A stretch of DNA of 33,130 nucleotides from the sequence record SRR31156797_2488; one strand, given 5' to 3'. The notes under the pieces are model-generated. The model did not search any database. It saw nothing but the letters and a program-made list of their open reading frames with translations, and was not told the origin of the DNA. Below are positions 28,817 to 33,130 of this stretch, piece by piece. The first letter of the stretch is position 1; every line of letters starts with the position of its first letter. Position numbers and translations under genes: made by a program.

Positions 28817-30937
28817 TTAGTGCCTTCTGCGCCTTACTTTCGGAGCATTTGGCATGGCGCGAATCTTCTTCATGATTCCAGCTAAGTGGACACGATCTTT
28901 CGTTGTCAGTACCACTGTCACAGTGTAAAGGCGACCATCTCGTTCTTCAGTAGACAGGCCATGAATGTTCGAACCCGTCTTAGAAATGACGTTGGTGAGC
29001 TCAGCCAGTGCGCCCTGACGGTTTTGCATGTCAACTTTGAGCTCGGTAATGAAGTCTTGCTCGTAATCGTTAGTCCACTCAACAGCCATGTACTTATCTG
29101 GCTCTTTCTGGTGACCACGAACGTTCGGACATGTTTCACGGTGAACAACTAAGCCACGACCTGGAGAGACGTGCGCAATGATGTGATCATCAGGAATCGG
29201 GTGACAACAGTTAGCAAAAGTAAGAAGGATACCTTCCGCACCGCGAATCGGCAGTTTCTTCTTCGGCTGTCCGCTTTTGTTTTCAACTTCTGTCAGTTCG
29301 TCCGCATTACCCAGTAATCGACGAGCAATCACAATACTCATCAATTCGCCTAAACCAATCGCAGCTAGCAGGTCATCAACAGAAGCGATTTTAAGATCGC
29401 CAAGAACATGTTGAATGCTCTCTTCGCTGATGGTGCTGATGGATTCTTCACCCAGAGCATGGTTTAGAAGGCGGCGACCTAAACTGATCGACTCTTCACG
29501 ACGCATGGTTTTCAGAACCTGACGGATCTTAGTACGAGCGCGAGAAGTCACCACGTAGTTTAGCCACGCGGCATTCGGACGAGCGCCTGGAGCGCTGATG
29601 ATTTCTACGGTTTGACCGTTTTTCAGCGACTTGCTTAGTGGGTAAGGGTTGCGATCAACACGCGTGCCGACACAGGTATTCCCCACATCGGTATGGACTG
29701 CGTAAGCAAAGTCTACCGCCGTTGCGCCTACTGGTAGTTCAACGATACGACCTTTCGGTGTGAAGACGTAAATTTCATCCGGGAACAGATCAGATTTAAC
29801 GTTTTCAATGAACTCAAAAGAGTTACCCGCACTTTGTTGCAACTCAAGCAGGCTTTGCATCCAGCGTTGAGCTTTAATCTGTGCGGTTGTACCAGTACGG
29901 TCACCATTGGCTTTATATGACCAGTGTGCCGCAACACCTTTGTCCGCCATTTGGTCCATGTCTTCAGTTCGAATCTGAACTTCGACTGGTACACCGTGAG
30001 GGCCGACCATAGAGGTATGCAGAGACTGATAGCCGTTCGCTTTGGGAACTGCGATATAGTCCTTCATGCGTCCCGGACGCGGTTTATACAAGCTGTGCAC
30101 CTGACCAAGCGCTCGGTAACAGGTATCGGCGGTATTTACCACAACACGGAAAGCGTAAATATCCATAATGGTGTGAAAACGCTGCTCTTTGGTCTTCATC
30201 TTGTTATAGATGGAGTAGAGGTTTTTCTCACGACCAACGACACGAGCGGGCAAGCCAAACTCTTGTAGTCGACCTTCAATTTCACTATGGATGCGTTGGA
30301 TCATCTCTTTACGGTTACCACGCGCGGCTTTCACCACTTCTTTCAGTACGCGATAACGGTTTGGGTATAGTGCTTCAAAACCGAGCTCTTCAAGCTCAGT
30401 CTTGATATTGTGAATACCTAAACGGTGCGCAAGAGGTGCGTAGATTTCCAACGTTTCTCGGGCGATACGACGCTTTTTATCCGGACGAAGCGCTCCTAAC
30501 GTACGCATGTTATGCGTGCGGTCAGAGAGTTTGATAAGAATGACGCGAATATCCTGCACCATGGCGAGCACCATTTTGCGGAAGTTTTCTGCCTGAGCTT
30601 CTTTACGATCGCGGAACTTCAGCTTATCAAGCTTTGAAACGCCATCGACCAGTTCGGCGACAGCAATACCAAATTGCTCTTCTAAATCTTCTTTGGAGAC
30701 ATCGCAGTCTTCAATGACATCATGAAGAAGGGCTGCTTGGAGGGTTTCTAAATCCAGACGCATTTCTGCCAGGATTCTGGCCACCGCCACAGGATGGATA
30801 ATATAAGGTTCGCCGCTTGAGCGGGTTTGCCCTTCATGGGCATCTCTTGCCACTATATAAGATTGGCGCAGAGCCTCAATTTGAGGCTCTGTGAGATATT
30901 CCTGGGCAACGTCTTTGAGGCTATCGAATAGATACAA
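28817..30937 (-). CDS. spoT: Bifunctional (p)ppGpp synthetase/hydrolase SpoT
   Basis: Intact HD motif ALLHDVIED, NGYQSLHT, and TGS and ACT domains. Confidence 0.98.
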   Translation of the reverse strand: MYLFDSLKDVAQEYLTEPQIEALRQSYIVARDAHEGQTRSSGEPYIIHPVAVARILAEMRLDLETLQAALLHDVIEDCDVSKEDLEEQFGIAVAELVDGVSKLDKLKFRDRKEAQAENFRKMVLAMVQDIRVILIKLSDRTHNMRTLGALRPDKKRRIARETLEIYAPLAHRLGIHNIKTELEELGFEALYPNRYRVLKEVVKAARGNRKEMIQRIHSEIEGRLQEFGLPARVVGREKNLYSIYNKMKTKEQRFHTIMDIYAFRVVVNTADTCYRALGQVHSLYKPRPGRMKDYIAVPKANGYQSLHTSMVGPHGVPVEVQIRTEDMDQMADKGVAAHWSYKANGDRTGTTAQIKAQRWMQSLLELQQSAGNSFEFIENVKSDLFPDEIYVFTPKGRIVELPVGATAVDFAYAVHTDVGNTCVGTRVDRNPYPLSKSLKNGQTVEIISAPGARPNAAWLNYVVTSRARTKIRQVLKTMRREESISLGRRLLNHALGEESISTISEESIQHVLGDLKIASVDDLLAAIGLGELMSIVIARRLLGNADELTEVENKSGQPKKKLPIRGAEGILLTFANCCHPIPDDHIIAHVSPGRGLVVHRETCPNVRGHQKEPDKYMAVEWTNDYEQDFITELKVDMQNRQGALAELTNVISKTGSNIHGLSTEERDGRLYTVTVVLTTKDRVHLAGIMKKIRAMPNAPKVRRRRH

Positions 30938-30978
30938 ATTATAGGCCCGAGAGTTGTCTAATGTCTTACTTGCAGGGA

Positions 30979-31251
30979 TTAACGGTTGTGAACGATGCTG
31001 CTCACTGCTGCTAATTCAGCTGCTTCTTGCTCTTGCTGCTCTTGACGCTCACGTGCATCAAGTACGTCTTTAGTGATAAGGCCTTCTTCAATTTCACGAA
31101 GAGAGATAACAGTTGGCTTATCGTTCTCTTCAGGCACTAGTGAATCTTTACCACCAGTTTGCATTTGACGAGCGCGGCGAGCCGCAATTAGAACTAAGTC
31201 GAAACGGTTGCCAACTTTTTCAACAGCGTCTTGTACAGTTACGCGTGCCAT
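30979..31251 (-). CDS. rpoZ: RNA polymerase omega subunit
   Basis: [29 protein letters not shown] from ATG 31251 with SD GGAG. Confidence 0.98.
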   Translation of the reverse strand: MARVTVQDAVEKVGNRFDLVLIAARRARQMQTGGKDSLVPEENDKPTVISLREIEEGLITKDVLDARERQEQQEQEAAELAAVSSIVHNR

Positions 31252-31357
31252 GAGAACTCCAATATAAACAAAAATGTTGAATGACGAGAAAGTATACAAC
31301 CTAACGTAAAGGGTTTCTAGACGGTCAGGTTGTTAAAAATACGTTTAATTTACAGCA

Positions 31358-31981
31358 TTACTCTGAAAGTAGTGCGTTAAGCATGCCTTTATATTTGATC
31401 GACTGCTTATCTTGCTTCAATCGCTCTGCACGAATGATAGCTCTAAAATCAGTGAGAGCGGTATCGAAATCATCATTAATAATGATGTAGTCGTACTCAT
31501 CATAGTGAGAGATTTCAGATTTAGCCTCAGCCATGCGTTTAGCAATGATAGCTTCGCTGTCCTGACCACGAACGTTCAAACGACGCTCTAACTCACCGTT
31601 TGATGGTGGCAGAATAAACACGCTTTTAGCTTCAGGCATTTGCTCACGAATTTGACGAGCACCTTGCCAGTCGATATCTAGGAAGACATCAATACCTTTA
31701 TTCAGTGTTTCTTCAATCCAAACACGAGAAGTACCGTAGTAGTTACCAAATACTTCTGCGTACTCCAGGAATTCGCCTTTTTCGATTAACGATTCAAAGT
31801 GATCCTTTTGTACAAAGTGGTAGTGAACACCATCTTGCTCACCCGGGCGCATGCCACGAGTAGTGTGCGACACGGATACTTTCATCGCGTATGCCGGGTT
31901 ATGTTCCAGCATTTCAGCGATTAAGCTCGATTTACCTGCGCCGCTTGGTGCAGAGACAATATACAGAGTACCTTTGCCCAT
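31358..31981 (-). CDS. gmk: Guanylate kinase
   Basis: [16 protein letters not shown] and NYYGTS. Confidence 0.98.
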   Translation of the reverse strand: MGKGTLYIVSAPSGAGKSSLIAEMLEHNPAYAMKVSVSHTTRGMRPGEQDGVHYHFVQKDHFESLIEKGEFLEYAEVFGNYYGTSRVWIEETLNKGIDVFLDIDWQGARQIREQMPEAKSVFILPPSNGELERRLNVRGQDSEAIIAKRMAEAKSEISHYDEYDYIIINDDFDTALTDFRAIIRAERLKQDKQSIKYKGMLNALLSE

Positions 31982-32214
31982 GTATTCGGTTCCACTTGTG
32001 TTGGGTTAAGTGTTCAGAAAGCTTTCCGACACCTTTAAAGATAGCACTAACCTAATGTTTTCATTAAATCGATGAAATTTAGGTCAGAAAAATGGAGCCG
32101 AAGAGTACCACGATCTTTAGGAGCTTCTCAAGAAAAAGGTCGAAACTGAGGTCGTTTCTTACTCAAAATGACCGAAATGGTGAAGATATTAAGCGGAGTG
32201 TAACGATACTTAAC

Positions 32215-32230
32215 TGGTAAACGTTTGCTA
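32215..32230. promoter_or_regulatory. PurR-like operator upstream of the yhhQ promoter
   Basis: TGGTAAACGTTTGCTA contains the core G-AAACGTTTGC. Confidence 0.65.
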
Positions 32231-32242
32231 TTTTGTGAACTA

Positions 32243-32270
32243 TTGCAGGTGAAATCGATTAATGTATAAT
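32243..32270 (+). promoter_or_regulatory. Putative sigma70 promoter of yhhQ
   Basis: TTGCAG-N16-TATAAT followed by a GC-rich discriminator, CGCCGCC. Confidence 0.65.
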
Positions 32271-32337
32271 CGCCGCCCTTAGCTCAGAATTAGCCATCTT
32301 TTTCTGAATTTACAATGAGAGAGAAGCGTAAGCTTCG

Positions 32338-32374
32338 TTTGGGTTCCCTCGCCCCCAAATCAAACTAAAAAGGT
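32338..32374 (+). ncRNA. preQ1 class I (type III-like) riboswitch
   Basis: P1 stem TTTGGG/CCCAAA with loop TTCCCTCGCC, then an A-rich tail ending in the SD AAAAAGGT, 5 nt before the yhhQ ATG. This is the same architecture as the E. coli yhhQ leader. Confidence 0.85.
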
Positions 32375-32379
32375 ACAAT

Positions 32380-33051
32380 ATGAGTAACTTTACCCCTGCG
32401 CAGCAGCGCAAAGCCCTGACATTTTTGGTTTTGTTCCACCTTGTTATCATTGCTTCAAGCAATTACTTGGTACAAATCCCGTTCACAGTATTTGGTTTAC
32501 ACACCACTTGGGGCGCTTTCACTTTCCCGTTTATCTTCTTAGCCACTGACCTGACTGTGCGTATCTTCGGTGCTGGGCTAGCGCGTAAAATCATTTTCTA
32601 CGTGATGCTGCCTTCATTGCTTGTTTCGTATCTGCTTTCTGTGGTGTTTTACGAAGGTCAGTTCCAAGGCTTTGCTCCATTAAGTGAGTTGAATATGTTC
32701 GTGGCGCGTATCGCGATTGCGAGTTTCATGGCTTACTTACTGGGTCAAATCATGGACGTGCATGTGTTTAATCGTCTACGCCAAATGAAACAGTGGTGGG
32801 TTGCGCCAACGGCATCAACGCTGTTTGGTAATGCTTTAGACACTATCGCTTTCTTCGGCATCGCTTTCTATCAAAGCCCGGATCCATTTATGGCTGATCA
32901 TTGGACTGAAATCGCACTCGTCGATTACGGCTTTAAGTTGGTGATTAGTCTTGGCCTGTTTGTACCGATGTACGGTGTATTATTGAATTACCTGATTAAT
33001 AAACTGACCACGGTCAATCCCAATTTTACTGCGGCAGACGTAAAAGCTTAA
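32380..33051 (+). CDS. yhhQ: Queuosine precursor (preQ0/preQ1) transporter, Vut_1 family
   Basis: IASSNYLVQIP, HTTWGAFTFPFIFLATDLTVRIFG and the upstream preQ1 riboswitch. Confidence 0.95.
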   Translation: MSNFTPAQQRKALTFLVLFHLVIIASSNYLVQIPFTVFGLHTTWGAFTFPFIFLATDLTVRIFGAGLARKIIFYVMLPSLLVSYLLSVVFYEGQFQGFAPLSELNMFVARIAIASFMAYLLGQIMDVHVFNRLRQMKQWWVAPTASTLFGNALDTIAFFGIAFYQSPDPFMADHWTEIALVDYGFKLVISLGLFVPMYGVLLNYLINKLTTVNPNFTAADVKA

Positions 33052-33072
33052 TTAGCGAATATTTGAAATAAG

Positions 33073-33106
33073 AAAGCCCAAAGCATTGCTTTGGGCTTTT
33101 GTTTTT
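33073..33106 (+). terminator. Intrinsic terminator after yhhQ
   Basis: AAAGCCCAAAGC-ATT-GCTTTGGGCTTT followed by TGTTTTT. Confidence 0.9.
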
Positions 33107-33130
33107 CTCTACGCAATTATCTGAACATTA

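Noticed and set aside
1..33130. Mobile elements, prophage, CRISPR, integron cassettes, tRNA/rRNA, or a novel defence system
   Set aside because: I saw no integrase or transposase ORFs, repeat-spacer arrays or structural RNA signatures. Nearly all the sequence is explained by syntenic core genes.

Overview
This looks like a core-chromosome segment of a Vibrio-like gammaproteobacterium. I found no mobile elements, CRISPR arrays, rRNA or tRNA genes. Gene order: pckA (partial), hslO-hslR, a complete epsC-N (gspC-N) type II secretion operon, cysQ, nudE, nfuA, comF, bioH, an uncharacterised ORF, tex, greB, ompR-envZ, an NCS2 xanthine permease, recG, trmH, spoT, rpoZ, gmk and yhhQ. All proteins but one belong to well-known families, so I see no convincing new multi-gene system. 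The interesting material is non-coding or regulatory: (1) a near-consensus sigma28 promoter and 5' hairpin before the uncharacterised ORF at 18502, suggesting an unrecognised late-flagellar gene; (2) face-to-face sigmaE (eps) and sigma32 (hslR-hslO) promoter motifs; (3) a structured ~135-nt leader on the PurR-boxed xanthine permease; (4) an SD-sequestering double hairpin between ompR and envZ; (5) hairpins flanking epsG; (6) a sigma32 motif before tex; (7) a LexA box before recG, an IscR site at nfuA, and a preQ1-I riboswitch plus PurR-like box at yhhQ. All motif and structure calls were made by eye and are not computationally validated.
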